From Candidatus Poribacteria bacterium (GTDB taxonomy: Bacteria; Poribacteria; WGA-4E; UBA9662), in the NCBI GenBank assembly GCA_046582655.1, contig JAYGDX010000280.1, forward strand, positions 1-64,000: DNA of 64,000 nt, read 5' to 3'. Made by a program: the position numbers and the translations under genes. This document shows positions 30,498 through 40,183 of this stretch, in pieces. A model generated the notes under the pieces. The model did not search any database. It was given only the letters and a program-made list of their open reading frames with translations, and was not told the origin of the DNA. How positions within the stretch are numbered: the stretch's first letter is position 1; each line of letters starts with the position of its first letter.

Positions 30498-30989
30498 TCA
30501 TCTTTTCCTGTCAAGTTTCTGAACGTCTTGATAATGTTTAGCAATATCTTGCTGTACGGTTGTTCCTATTATTTCACGTTGATCAGATAACTCGTCGGCG
30601 TTTGCTGTTGAGGGTTGCTTTACTACAGTGTTTGAAACCAGATCATGTTTAATCTGGTAATGCAATTGAACAGTTGATCTATATTCTTTGATTGTGCCGT
30701 TTTCAACTGCGGCCGTTTGACGAACGACTTCCATTTCGTTAATCGATGGAAAATGCTGTGTTGTTGTTTTCAGCGCGCGGCGTGTAGCATCATCCCAACT
30801 ATGTGGTGATGTTTCTTCTACCTCAATAATGCGGATGTCTGAAACTAAATTCGAATCTAAAGATTCAGAAGAAATCTGCGATTGATGAGATTCAAGTTGA
30901 CTTTGACTAGAGGTCATTTCTTGATGCAACTCGTCTGTAAAAGGCTTCGCAGTTTCGTCAACTTTTCTAACTTTTTCTTCACTAGGCAT
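30498..30989 (-). CDS. Hypothetical Ser/Gln/Glu-rich protein
   Basis: 163 aa, no signal peptide, low-complexity N-half. Lies between the grx-trxR fusion and a methyltransferase gene on the same strand. Confidence 0.35.
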   Translation of the reverse strand: MPSEEKVRKVDETAKPFTDELHQEMTSSQSQLESHQSQISSESLDSNLVSDIRIIEVEETSPHSWDDATRRALKTTTQHFPSINEMEVVRQTAAVENGTIKEYRSTVQLHYQIKHDLVSNTVVKQPSTANADELSDQREIIGTTVQQDIAKHYQDVQKLDRKR

Positions 30990-31003
30990 CGGGTTATTTC
31001 ACC

Positions 31004-31828
31004 TTAAGTTTCCAGTATCAGTCTTGGAATACCACCAACGATGGGATAATCGGTATCACAGTGGCTGCAATAGATAATTTTGTCTTCCCATTTGACTTCT
31101 TCTTTACAACTGGGACAAACGACAATATCACGTAGAGTTTTAGACGGCTGACGTCGTTGTTTTGCTATCATTGTTTTTAAGCTGGAAACCATTTTCCTTG
31201 GAATTAGATCTTTGATGATGGGCTGCCATTTCTCCAACCATGGTACATTTTGTACATCCATCAGCATTCTGTTGATAATCTCGGACGAGTTGAAATCCAA
31301 TGCTGGTGCGTTCGAGTCACGAAATTCACAGTCAATTTTTTGTTCCCATTCATAATGTACTAGAAATATTGGATGGTATTTCTTGTGGAAATGCAAGAAG
31401 TTTTTATCCTGTGTTACCAGCGTGTGGAACAGTTGACCAAATTGATTTAGATCTACCTTCTTTTGAATTAACAGTTTGCCATCGATTAGATTGAAAATCC
31501 ATAGGTGGTAAGACCATCCGTAAAGACGCTCTGAAATCTCCGACGGCACTTCGATATAGCCACGCGATGCAACCCGTTCTAGCTCGGAGATCATTAACTT
31601 TGGGTTTTCAACATGCTCAAGTACATGTGAACAAATCACATAGTCAAATGATCTGTCAGCAAAAGGCAAATGTTGTCCATCTGCCTCAATCATACTTCGA
31701 TCTGCGACAATCCCTCCACCACGCTGATGGTCATCATCAATGAATTTGTCGCATAGAACATCTGATCTCGCTTTTGGATTGTGTCCGCTGCCGATTTCCA
31801 GCACAAAATCAGCAGGTCGAATGTTCAT
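31004..31828 (-). CDS. Class I SAM-dependent methyltransferase with C-terminal Trm112-like zinc-ribbon domain
   Basis: VLEIGSGHNP (motif I), DYVICSHVLEHV (Methyltransf_11-like). C-terminal VVCPSCKEEVKWEDKIIYCSHCDTDYPIVGGIPRLI is a Trm112p-like CxxC...CxxC..YPI.DGIP motif. Confidence 0.7.
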   Translation of the reverse strand: MNIRPADFVLEIGSGHNPKARSDVLCDKFIDDDHQRGGGIVADRSMIEADGQHLPFADRSFDYVICSHVLEHVENPKLMISELERVASRGYIEVPSEISERLYGWSYHLWIFNLIDGKLLIQKKVDLNQFGQLFHTLVTQDKNFLHFHKKYHPIFLVHYEWEQKIDCEFRDSNAPALDFNSSEIINRMLMDVQNVPWLEKWQPIIKDLIPRKMVSSLKTMIAKQRRQPSKTLRDIVVCPSCKEEVKWEDKIIYCSHCDTDYPIVGGIPRLILET

Positions 31829-32718
31829 TTTTCAGCGACCATACTAATATACAAGCTGGTTCTTGGAAAAAAGGTCGCCATTATTTTACCTTTAAATCCA
31901 AAACCAACACAAAGTTTTTTTATACGTAGGCTATGTTGCCGAAAAAACTTTTCCAGATCAATCGGGCTGGCAATATAAGTACTATCAGCATCGCCTCCGA
32001 TGATTTGGTCTTCAAGGTCTGGCTCACGATACAGAAATTGTGGTAGTTGTCCAAAACGTTTTGTGAAATAGAGATTTGTGTTTTTTAGCGCGTTTTGGAG
32101 GGCCTGCTGCTTTGTTTCTGCCCAAATTGGTCTGCCGTTTCCTCCGAAGACCATCTGCACAAAATCAAGCAGCGGCATGATAGGTGAACACAAGTTAGGT
32201 CCTGCAACTACGATCCTCCCACCTTTTCGGGTAACACGAATCATTTCAAGGAGAGTCGTCTCCACATCAGGTGTATGCTCGATTAACTCGTTTGAACAAA
32301 CAACACCAAACTGTCCAGATTCAAAATCAAGGTTCAAAGCATCACCTACACGATACTTTAGACTGTCGTTCTCCCACTTTTTCGTTTCTTTTAGAAAGAG
32401 TGGTGAAATATCAACACCAACAACGTTTCTACCCCGATCATGCAGCATTTTAGATGAAATTCCATTACCACACCCTAGATCAAGCGTATATTCATCTGGT
32501 GGAGTGTGCAGGTCAACGAGATCAACATAAGATTTTAAATAAGCGTGATTGTGCTGATTTAGTAATCCTTTGTAGGCTTCGGAGGTTTCATAGAATTCAC
32601 GCATCCGGTTACGAAGTGATTGGTCAGGTGAAATAGGTGTCTGAGCAGATTCCATGGCTGTCTCCATTATACTATTCCGGCTTGATTCGAACAATGAAAA
32701 AGTCATAGTTTCAGACAT
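31825..32718 (-). CDS. Class I SAM-dependent methyltransferase
   Basis: LDLGCGNGISS (motif I), GQFGVVCSNELIEHTPD. Its stop overlaps the start of the downstream methyltransferase (ATGA, 31825-31828). Confidence 0.75.
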   Translation of the reverse strand: MSETMTFSLFESSRNSIMETAMESAQTPISPDQSLRNRMREFYETSEAYKGLLNQHNHAYLKSYVDLVDLHTPPDEYTLDLGCGNGISSKMLHDRGRNVVGVDISPLFLKETKKWENDSLKYRVGDALNLDFESGQFGVVCSNELIEHTPDVETTLLEMIRVTRKGGRIVVAGPNLCSPIMPLLDFVQMVFGGNGRPIWAETKQQALQNALKNTNLYFTKRFGQLPQFLYREPDLEDQIIGGDADSTYIASPIDLEKFFRQHSLRIKKLCVGFGFKGKIMATFFPRTSLYISMVAEK

Positions 32719-32903
32719 TTAAACTGTGTCGATGCAAATAATGAGGACACATTTGTTATTATGCATTGACAAGGCTGATAAATTATCCAGAACGATTTTT
32801 CATCGTGCTTTTCTTATGGGAAAGGTAAAAGCCTAGACCTGGAAGATAGATCTAAAATCGGGTTGGTAAAGAAATCCAGATTTTCTGAATAGTACTGAAG
32901 CAG

Positions 32904-33899
32904 TTAATCAATCCGATCACCAAAGTGATTCGCTACAGCCACGAGGTCTAGAATATCAACAACTCCATCTTTGTTTACATCACCGTTTGGTGCGTTAACC
33001 ATTTCAAAGTAAATGGCGACAATTACCAAATCGAGAATATCAACAATTCTATCTTTATTCAGGTCCCACGGCAAATTATCGTGTGACGCCTGTTGGGAGG
33101 CCGTTATTGCGCAGCGGAACCCAATTGTGTTGTCACTGAGATTGGGTAACAAAGTGTATCTCATTGTACTTCTTACCTTTAGCGGAGGCTTCCTCCATGA
33201 TCCACCACGTAAAACCCGGCCGAGGAAATTACTGGGATTTTTGTTCTCTGGGTTTTCAACTGGACTGTTTGCGTAGTAGTTCTCATCGTACCAATCAGAG
33301 ACCCACTCTAAGGCGTTACCAGCAAGATCATGTACTCCGAATTGGCTTATACCTGTGGGAAAACTTCCGATAGGAGCGGTTTTATCGAATCCGTCAGTGT
33401 CACCTGCAACATTTGCATGATTAACCCTGCCACTAATTTCAGCCTCAAATTGATTTCCCCAAGGATATTGGTTCTCATTAGTTCCACGAGCGGAAAACTC
33501 CCACTCCGCTTCGGTAGGCAACCGTTTGCCTGCCCAATTTGCATAGCGAGATGCTCCCTCAAAACTTACCCCAACAACAGGTTGATCGGGCCGATTTAGA
33601 TCAGGATCGTTCCAGAAACGGGGTGTAGCATGTCTTGTTTCCGATAGGAAAAGAGCATACTGCACATTAGTAACTTCAAACTTGTCAATATAGAATGCAT
33701 CAAGTTTAATAATATGGATCGGCGTTTCATCTGGATCGGCTATGTCTTTGGTTGATCCCATCATGAATTTTCCATTGGGCACAAGCACCATCAGAGAATT
33801 ATCTTTTTCATGTATGATTTCAGATGCAGGCATTGACCATAAATGGATTGTAATTAGGAATAGCATTTTACAAGGCAAGTAAACTCTTCCAAATATCAT
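32904..33899 (-). CDS. Secreted FGE-sulfatase-domain protein with C-terminal dockerin-like double repeat
   Basis: FGE motifs FYIDKFEVTNVQYALF, WAGKRLPTEAEWEFSARG, RVLRGGSW, GFRCA. C-terminus DLNKDRIVDILDLVIVAIYFEMV / DVNKDGVVDILDLVAVANHFG has two Ca-binding D.N.DG.V...D segments, as in type-I dockerins. Confidence 0.7.
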   Translation of the reverse strand: MIFGRVYLPCKMLFLITIHLWSMPASEIIHEKDNSLMVLVPNGKFMMGSTKDIADPDETPIHIIKLDAFYIDKFEVTNVQYALFLSETRHATPRFWNDPDLNRPDQPVVGVSFEGASRYANWAGKRLPTEAEWEFSARGTNENQYPWGNQFEAEISGRVNHANVAGDTDGFDKTAPIGSFPTGISQFGVHDLAGNALEWVSDWYDENYYANSPVENPENKNPSNFLGRVLRGGSWRKPPLKVRSTMRYTLLPNLSDNTIGFRCAITASQQASHDNLPWDLNKDRIVDILDLVIVAIYFEMVNAPNGDVNKDGVVDILDLVAVANHFGDRID

Positions 33900-33978
33900 G
33901 AGAAAAGGTGATAATAATTGTTAGCTTCATCAGGAGGCAATAACACAAGCAATATGTGAAAACCATTGACTTTTAGGG

Positions 33979-34788
33979 ATGAATCTGCTAATCTTAATTG
34001 CGGTTCTGACCCCGCTAGGTGTAAGTAATTTTATTATAAAAAATGCGATAAAGATGTTATACCAGCAACAGGTTATCAGGGAATGTACTGAGCAGATCGA
34101 AGCCAAGCCAAAAAATCCGAATCACTATTTTAACCGGGCTCAGGCATACAAGGAAATTGGTGATTATAATGCAGCAATTGCCGATTTGACAAGAGCAATT
34201 CACATGTCACCCAATAGTCCTCAGGCTTACTTGTTGCGCGGTACAATCTACTATAACCTTAAGGATTACCAAAACGCAAGCCGTGATTTTTCCGCGGCAG
34301 TACGGATTAAAGCAGATTATGCAGATGCGTACATTCTCCGCGGGAACATCCATCGGAAGATTGGCGAATTACCTCTGGCAATAGCTGATGCAAGCGCTGC
34401 CATTAGCTATGCACCAGATGATGTACAAGCCTATGTGCTACGTGGAAAATGCCAACAAGACCTAGGAAATTGCGACTATGCCATTGAAGATTATTCGAAG
34501 GCTATTCAGATTAATCCCAATTATGCGAATGCCTATTATTTCCGTGGGAATTGTTATCATTCAGTTGATCAAGATGGAGAAGCTATTGAGGACTACCAAA
34601 AAGCTGTTAAAATAGCTCCAGATTCTTATTCTGGCCGTTTGGCTATACAACGCCTAAAAAACCTAGGTGCTGATATTGTCTCACCAGAGACACCCAAAAG
34701 AGCCATAGATGTATTTCGCCCGAAAATTCCGAGTAAAGCGATAAAAAAGCATTTCGTGAAAATCTGGAGTGAAGTGACAAAGCGGTGA
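33979..34788 (+). CDS. Tetratricopeptide (TPR) repeat protein
   Basis: Seven successive 34-aa repeats of the form YxxRGxxYxxxxDYxxAIxDxxxAIxxxP. N-terminal hydrophobic segment. Confidence 0.75.
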   Translation: MNLLILIAVLTPLGVSNFIIKNAIKMLYQQQVIRECTEQIEAKPKNPNHYFNRAQAYKEIGDYNAAIADLTRAIHMSPNSPQAYLLRGTIYYNLKDYQNASRDFSAAVRIKADYADAYILRGNIHRKIGELPLAIADASAAISYAPDDVQAYVLRGKCQQDLGNCDYAIEDYSKAIQINPNYANAYYFRGNCYHSVDQDGEAIEDYQKAVKIAPDSYSGRLAIQRLKNLGADIVSPETPKRAIDVFRPKIPSKAIKKHFVKIWSEVTKR

Positions 34789-34813
34789 ATTCGTCGCTTT
34801 GTCATCGAACACG

Positions 34814-35983
34814 TCATTTACTGGTGTTGTAAACATTTTCAGCAGTTTGTACTGCTTCAGCAGCCGACCTTTCCGGTAGTATCTCTCCCAGTGCAGTGAG
34901 TAAACCGATGACATTTTCCCGACGGCAGGTTTCTCCCATCAAGCCAATACGCCACGCTTTACCCTTGAGTGTTCCTAGCCCCGCTCCAATTTCGATGTTA
35001 TAGGTGTGAAGCAACTGGTTTCGTACTTTCGCTTCATCAACATCATCGGGAACCGAAACGGAGGTTAACATCGGTGCACGAAATCCTTCTTGAGCAATCC
35101 GTTCAATACCGAGCGCGCTGAGTCCATCTGCCAAAGCTTGAGAATGAAGGCTATGCCTTCTATATCGCGTATCAAGTCCTTCTTCGCAAACTATTTTTAG
35201 GGATTCGTTAAGCGCATAATTCATAGAAATAGGTGCTGTGTGATGATAAACTCGATCGTCTCCCCAATATTTGGAAATCATTCCCATATCCAAGTACCAA
35301 CTCGTTACTTTTGTGCTGCGATTATGAATTGCGTTGATGGCTCGTTTGCTAAAGCTCACCGGTGAAAGTCCGGGTGGGCAACTCATACACTTTTGCGTGC
35401 CACTATAAGCGGCATCAATACCAAGTTCATCAAGATTAACTGGTGTGCCACAAAGAGAAGTTACACAGTCAACAACTAACAAGGCATCATGTGCTTTAGC
35501 CAATTCCGCAATTTCCACAAGCGGTTGCAAAATGCCGGTTGAAGTCTCAACGTGCACGATGGCAATTAATTTTGGTTTTACTATATCCTTGAGCTTATCA
35601 GCTACATCTTGTGGATCAATAATGCGTCCCCAAGGTGCGTCAACAGTATGCAGGTTGCCTCCGTACCTGTCAACAATGTCAGACATTCTCATTCCAAAGA
35701 CGCCATTGACACAAACAAGGACATCGTCGTCCGGTTCAATTAGGTTGCATAAGGTTGCTTCCATGCCCGCGCTTCCAGTTGCAGAAATTGGAAGCGTTAA
35801 TCTGTTTTTAGTTCCAAAAACCTGACGCAACAATTTCATGTTCTCATCCATTATTTCAAGGAAGATAGGGTCTAAATGTCCAATCATAGAATGGCTCATT
35901 GCTTCAAGCACACGCGGATGAACGTTGCTTGGGCCTGGCCCCATCAGTATGCGTTGAGGGATTTGTGAATTATTACTCGTCAT
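34814..35983 (-). CDS. Class V pyridoxal-phosphate aminotransferase (alanine-glyoxylate / serine-pyruvate aminotransferase family; PhnW-like also possible)
   Basis: 389 aa, AGXT-like layout, PLP-lysine region YSGTQKCMSCPPGLSPVSFS, glycine-rich N-terminal motif. Confidence 0.8.
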   Translation of the reverse strand: MTSNNSQIPQRILMGPGPSNVHPRVLEAMSHSMIGHLDPIFLEIMDENMKLLRQVFGTKNRLTLPISATGSAGMEATLCNLIEPDDDVLVCVNGVFGMRMSDIVDRYGGNLHTVDAPWGRIIDPQDVADKLKDIVKPKLIAIVHVETSTGILQPLVEIAELAKAHDALLVVDCVTSLCGTPVNLDELGIDAAYSGTQKCMSCPPGLSPVSFSKRAINAIHNRSTKVTSWYLDMGMISKYWGDDRVYHHTAPISMNYALNESLKIVCEEGLDTRYRRHSLHSQALADGLSALGIERIAQEGFRAPMLTSVSVPDDVDEAKVRNQLLHTYNIEIGAGLGTLKGKAWRIGLMGETCRRENVIGLLTALGEILPERSAAEAVQTAENVYNTSK

Positions 35984-36012
35984 ATTTCCTTTCCTGCTTT
36001 TTATACGGAATT

Positions 36013-37047
36013 TTAAATTTTTATCGGCTTGTTTTTTAAATAGGATTCCTTAGCTGCTAATGCGATTTGTATTGCTTCCAGGCCATCGTTACCAACCACT
36101 GACGGGATGGCGTCATTTGAGATACAGTGCAGAAACTCAATCATTTCTGCCGCATATGAGGATTTATAACGATCCAGGAAAGAATACGGTAGTGGCGGTT
36201 GATGCGAGCCTTTAGCATTACTTAAAACGCAGGTGTCTGTTTCAACGTTTTTTGCCTGAATCATACCATTAGATCCAAAGATCTCGACGCGTTGATCATA
36301 ACCGTAAACTGCTTGACGGCTGTTATCAATAGAGCCAACTACACCATTGGCAAATTTTAGCGTGACGATCGCTGTATCAATATCTCCGGCATTACCAATG
36401 GCTTCGTCAATCATCACCCCGCCTGCTGCGTATACCTCAACCACTTCACTCCTAACAAGATAACGTGCCATATCAAAATCATGAATCATCATGTCAAGAA
36501 AGATCCCGCCTGACGTCTCGATATACGATATTGGAGGTGGGGCTGGATCTCGACTAGTGATTCTCAAAATATGCAGATCACCAATTTCTCCTTCTAAAAT
36601 CCTACCTCGTAGGGCCTGGAAATTGGAATCAAAACGCCTATTGAAACCGACTTGGAATTTTACGCCAGTGTTCTTTACACATTCCAAGGTTTGTCGCGTT
36701 CGATCCAAGTCAAAATCAATTGGTTTTTCACAAAAAACATGTTTGCCAACATTGGATGCTTGCTGAATGATCTGTGTGTGCGTATTCGTTGGTGAGCAAA
36801 TGATGACTGCATCTATCTCCGGATGATCAATAATCTGATGGTAATCGTCGGAACAATTGGGGATATTAAGATTTTCAGCCACTTTCTTCACTAATTCCAA
36901 ATTGATGTCAGCAATTGCAACTAATTCGACGTTTGGGATGTGATAAGTTAGATTATCAGCGTGGAGTTTACCGATTCGTCCAGCACCAATTAGACCAACC
37001 TTAATGTCTTTCATCGTAAAATACTTGAGCAATTTTTGTGAATGCAT
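36013..37047 (-). CDS. Gfo/Idh/MocA-family NAD(P)-dependent oxidoreductase (inositol/sugar dehydrogenase-like)
   Basis: IKVGLIGAGRIGKLHADNL Rossmann motif and conserved EKP. 344 aa. The start may be the internal MKDIK (37014), reducing overlap with the upstream gene. Confidence 0.8.
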   Translation of the reverse strand: MHSQKLLKYFTMKDIKVGLIGAGRIGKLHADNLTYHIPNVELVAIADINLELVKKVAENLNIPNCSDDYHQIIDHPEIDAVIICSPTNTHTQIIQQASNVGKHVFCEKPIDFDLDRTRQTLECVKNTGVKFQVGFNRRFDSNFQALRGRILEGEIGDLHILRITSRDPAPPPISYIETSGGIFLDMMIHDFDMARYLVRSEVVEVYAAGGVMIDEAIGNAGDIDTAIVTLKFANGVVGSIDNSRQAVYGYDQRVEIFGSNGMIQAKNVETDTCVLSNAKGSHQPPLPYSFLDRYKSSYAAEMIEFLHCISNDAIPSVVGNDGLEAIQIALAAKESYLKNKPIKI

Positions 37048-38257
37048 CAGCGTGATTGAGATTCACCATTTCAACACCCCACTCCAGAATGTCATAAAAT
37101 GCCTTTGCGTCCTTTTGCTGATGATAGATCATGATTTTAATGCTATAGTGTTGACAAACTTTAACTAAATCTTGGGTGGTATTGTCGAGGGAAACCTCAA
37201 CGATACTCGCACCGTAAGTTTTGTGAGCATCAATCACTTCGTCAACAGTTTTAACATTAATCTTTATTGGCAGGCTTGGATCAAGTTGATGCATTGTCTT
37301 CAACCATTCATCATCGCTCGACCAGAAAAAGCATTCATTCTCAATCCCAAAGCTGTAAACAAGGTCAATCAGTTTCTTGGGATCAGCAGCCTTTACATCG
37401 AAAAAGACTTTTGCTTTGCCCTTGATCCATTCTAGAAGCTTTTCAAGTCGTGGGACCCTTTGATGTGAAAATTTTGGATTAAACCAACTGCCAGCATCCA
37501 ATTGGTCAACCTCGCTGGACAACAGACGGTCAATCTTTCCTTTACCGTTTGTTGTTAACTCAAGTTCTGGGCCGTGGAAATTATATAACACCCCATCTCT
37601 ACTGGTATTAACATCGACTTCAAGGTAGTCCACCCCCCATCCGACACAGATCTCTGCAGCAGCAAAAGTGTTTTCGGGAGCATATTCATTCGCTCCACGA
37701 TGGCAGACAATTTCAATTCGCTGTTGTAGTTGAAACTGGTTTTCTAGGGATTCAATGAGAGGAATTAGATCTAGAGGCTGTTCAATCGTGTGTTGTGGTA
37801 CTTCCAAATCGTCGGCCGGGATTTTCGATCGACGCGGTGACCAATGGAGCCATACAGAGATAATTCCTAGAGCATTTGCTCCTCTAATATCACGTTCTAA
37901 ATTGTTGCCAACCATTAACACACGGTTGTAATTGGTACGACTGATACCAAGTTGGTTCATAGCATGAACAAACATACGTTGATCGGGTTTATCTACACCA
38001 ACTTCGTCTGATATGGCAAAAGCGTCAAACAAATGGTGTAGGTTGTGTTGCGTGAGAACGTTTTGAAAGGTGGCGGAAGGACCGTCAGCTACCAGAGCAA
38101 CACGATATCCGCAACGTTTAACTTTGTGAACCATTTCCGTCGCGCCAGGGATCAGTTCAGCTTCTAAAGTTGCCCCAGCTGAGTTCTTAATCTCTGTTCC
38201 TTCATCGACAAGTGTGTCTCCACAATCAAGAAGAACCGCGACAATTTTATTTTCCAT
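37001..38257 (-). CDS. Fusion of HAD-superfamily hydrolase and glycerophosphodiester phosphodiesterase (GDPD) domain
   Basis: N-terminus VAVLLDCGDTLVDEG (HAD motif I DxxxT), later LMVGNNLERDIRGA (HAD motif III/IV). C-terminal half IVCHRGANEYAPENTFAAAE is the GDPD H-R motif. Confidence 0.7.
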   Translation of the reverse strand: MENKIVAVLLDCGDTLVDEGTEIKNSAGATLEAELIPGATEMVHKVKRCGYRVALVADGPSATFQNVLTQHNLHHLFDAFAISDEVGVDKPDQRMFVHAMNQLGISRTNYNRVLMVGNNLERDIRGANALGIISVWLHWSPRRSKIPADDLEVPQHTIEQPLDLIPLIESLENQFQLQQRIEIVCHRGANEYAPENTFAAAEICVGWGVDYLEVDVNTSRDGVLYNFHGPELELTTNGKGKIDRLLSSEVDQLDAGSWFNPKFSHQRVPRLEKLLEWIKGKAKVFFDVKAADPKKLIDLVYSFGIENECFFWSSDDEWLKTMHQLDPSLPIKINVKTVDEVIDAHKTYGASIVEVSLDNTTQDLVKVCQHYSIKIMIYHQQKDAKAFYDILEWGVEMVNLNHADAFTKIAQVFYDERH

Positions 38258-39614
38258 ACTCTTGTATCTGAAAATCTAGTTAGCCAAAGTCCAATACTTT
38301 TTTGTTAATCACGGTTTGACCCTCGATTTCCTGCGAACTTTTCATGCTGGCTAAAATGTTTTGTTCAACAACAATTCAGACGTCATAATCATAATTAGTC
38401 AAACAGTTTACAGTATGTGGGAAAGTCAACTCCACCTTGGCCTAATTCACAAAATATGCCTTTATTGAGCTGATTGAAATTGGTTCAACAGATTTAACTG
38501 AGATTTAAATTGTGCATCAGAACGGCCAGTAAGCATTTCCATTCTAACATGGACTTTAAATTTTTTCTAGTGTCTGTTGTGAACTAGTATCCAAGCAGCA
38601 TGCACTTTTAAATTGGGGGTGGTGTGATCTAGGCCGCTTTTTTATTTCAAGTTTACTCTTTTAAATATCTTAAAGATACCAAGTTCTGTTGATGTTTCAA
38701 CATCGCTAGATAAGAGAACTGACGAGATGCAGAAAACCGAGGTAACACTAAGCTGACTTCCGGAATCGACTGGATATCCGTCGATAAGGTTTGGCCTTAT
38801 TGATCAAGTATTCAACCGGGTGCTCTTGCCTGTAGATACTTGTCATTTGAGAATGGAGGAATTACCACTATTGCTCCATCGTCTTTAATTGCCTTGATGG
38901 AACTTGTTGGCTAGACGGTGTGGCAATTACATAGTCAGCATCGGTATGTCGAAATTAAGACTTGGGCTACGGTGATATACATCTTGGTGTAAATCTACCC
39001 CTACTTGGCCCGAGTGCTTGATTGGCCCTGGCATTCATGATAATCACTGGGACTCTAAAATTTCGCTGGAATGGTAGATGCGCTGGCTGGAAGTAACCGT
39101 GAAAACTGCTAGGCCAGAATGATTTTCCAAGCGTGGAAAGAATTTAACAGAACATCGAATGAGAAGGATACAAAGCCCTCAAGAACTGTGGGCGTCTGAA
39201 CTCAACCAATTGTTAGGATACTGTCGGATACTATTAAGATCAATGGAACAGACATGCGTAGTTTGGATGCATTGCAAAAAGAAACCCAAGGAATCAAAGA
39301 CACTACCCAACAAAAGGACGAACAAATCGACCAACTGAAGCATCGTGTTTTTGAGCTTCAATCTTCCGTTATTCAAAGAAAATGGCTGAGTTCGGTACAA
39401 AATTTGATATTATCCTGGAACCAAGCAAGATGTCTTTCAGATTTATGAAGATTATCTTGATGTTGTGTGGCGGAAGTATGTTTGGAATGGTTGACGGGAC
39501 AGAATGTGAAGTTTCGAGAAATTTATTTTAACTTGAAGTTCTCTGCCGGTGGTAACAAAACAAGTTTAATCCATCACACCGGTCGTGAAGCATTTTAACC
39601 CGTTTCTGCGTGTT

Positions 39615-40097
39615 TTAGAATCGATGGAGAATGGTCTGGATCACATTGGTAGTGGATTTCCCTTCGATGTTTAAACCAACGATGACTCGTCCTCCGTTTT
39701 CTTCAACAACTTGGCGTTCAATGACTTGTTCAATTGTGTAGTCGCCGCCTTTGACGTGAATATCAGGTTTAAGTTCTGACAATAGGCTGATTGGATCAAG
39801 TTCTGGGAATATGACAACATAGTCAACACAATCCAATCCAGCTAGCATCTCAGCGCGTTCATCTTCCGGAATAAGAGGTCGTCTTTCACCTTTCAGTTCT
39901 CGAACTGAATTATCGCTGTTTACCCCGACAACCAACAGGTCCCCTAAATTCTTTGCTGCCTGTAAATACCGTAGATGTCCGACGTGCATCAAATCGAAAC
40001 ACCCGTTGGTTGTCACAACAGTTTTCTCTCTATCTTTTTCCTGATTGATGATAATAGTAAGCGCTTTGCGTGTCTGAACTTTCACCTGAATTCTCAA
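39615..40097 (-). CDS. Cytidylyltransferase-fold nucleotidyltransferase, D-glycero-beta-D-manno-heptose-1-phosphate adenylyltransferase (RfaE domain II)-like
   Basis: VVTTNGCFDLMHVGHLRYLQAAKNLGDLLVVGVNSD has the HxGH nucleotidyltransferase motif. 160 aa. Confidence 0.8.
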   Translation of the reverse strand: MRIQVKVQTRKALTIIINQEKDREKTVVTTNGCFDLMHVGHLRYLQAAKNLGDLLVVGVNSDNSVRELKGERRPLIPEDERAEMLAGLDCVDYVVIFPELDPISLLSELKPDIHVKGGDYTIEQVIERQVVEENGGRVIVGLNIEGKSTTNVIQTILHRF

Positions 40098-40183
40098 AGT
40101 TGTTTTATTTATTATGCCACCTAGATATCTGATAAGTAAATAAGTTTTTCAGCAGCTTTTGTGACTGAATTAATTTGGTGAGA

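Noticed and set aside
32078-32636. 150-aa and smaller plus-strand ORFs
   Set aside because: Antisense to the methyltransferase gene 31825-32718.
35445-35825. 126-aa plus-strand ORF
   Set aside because: Antisense to the class V aminotransferase gene.
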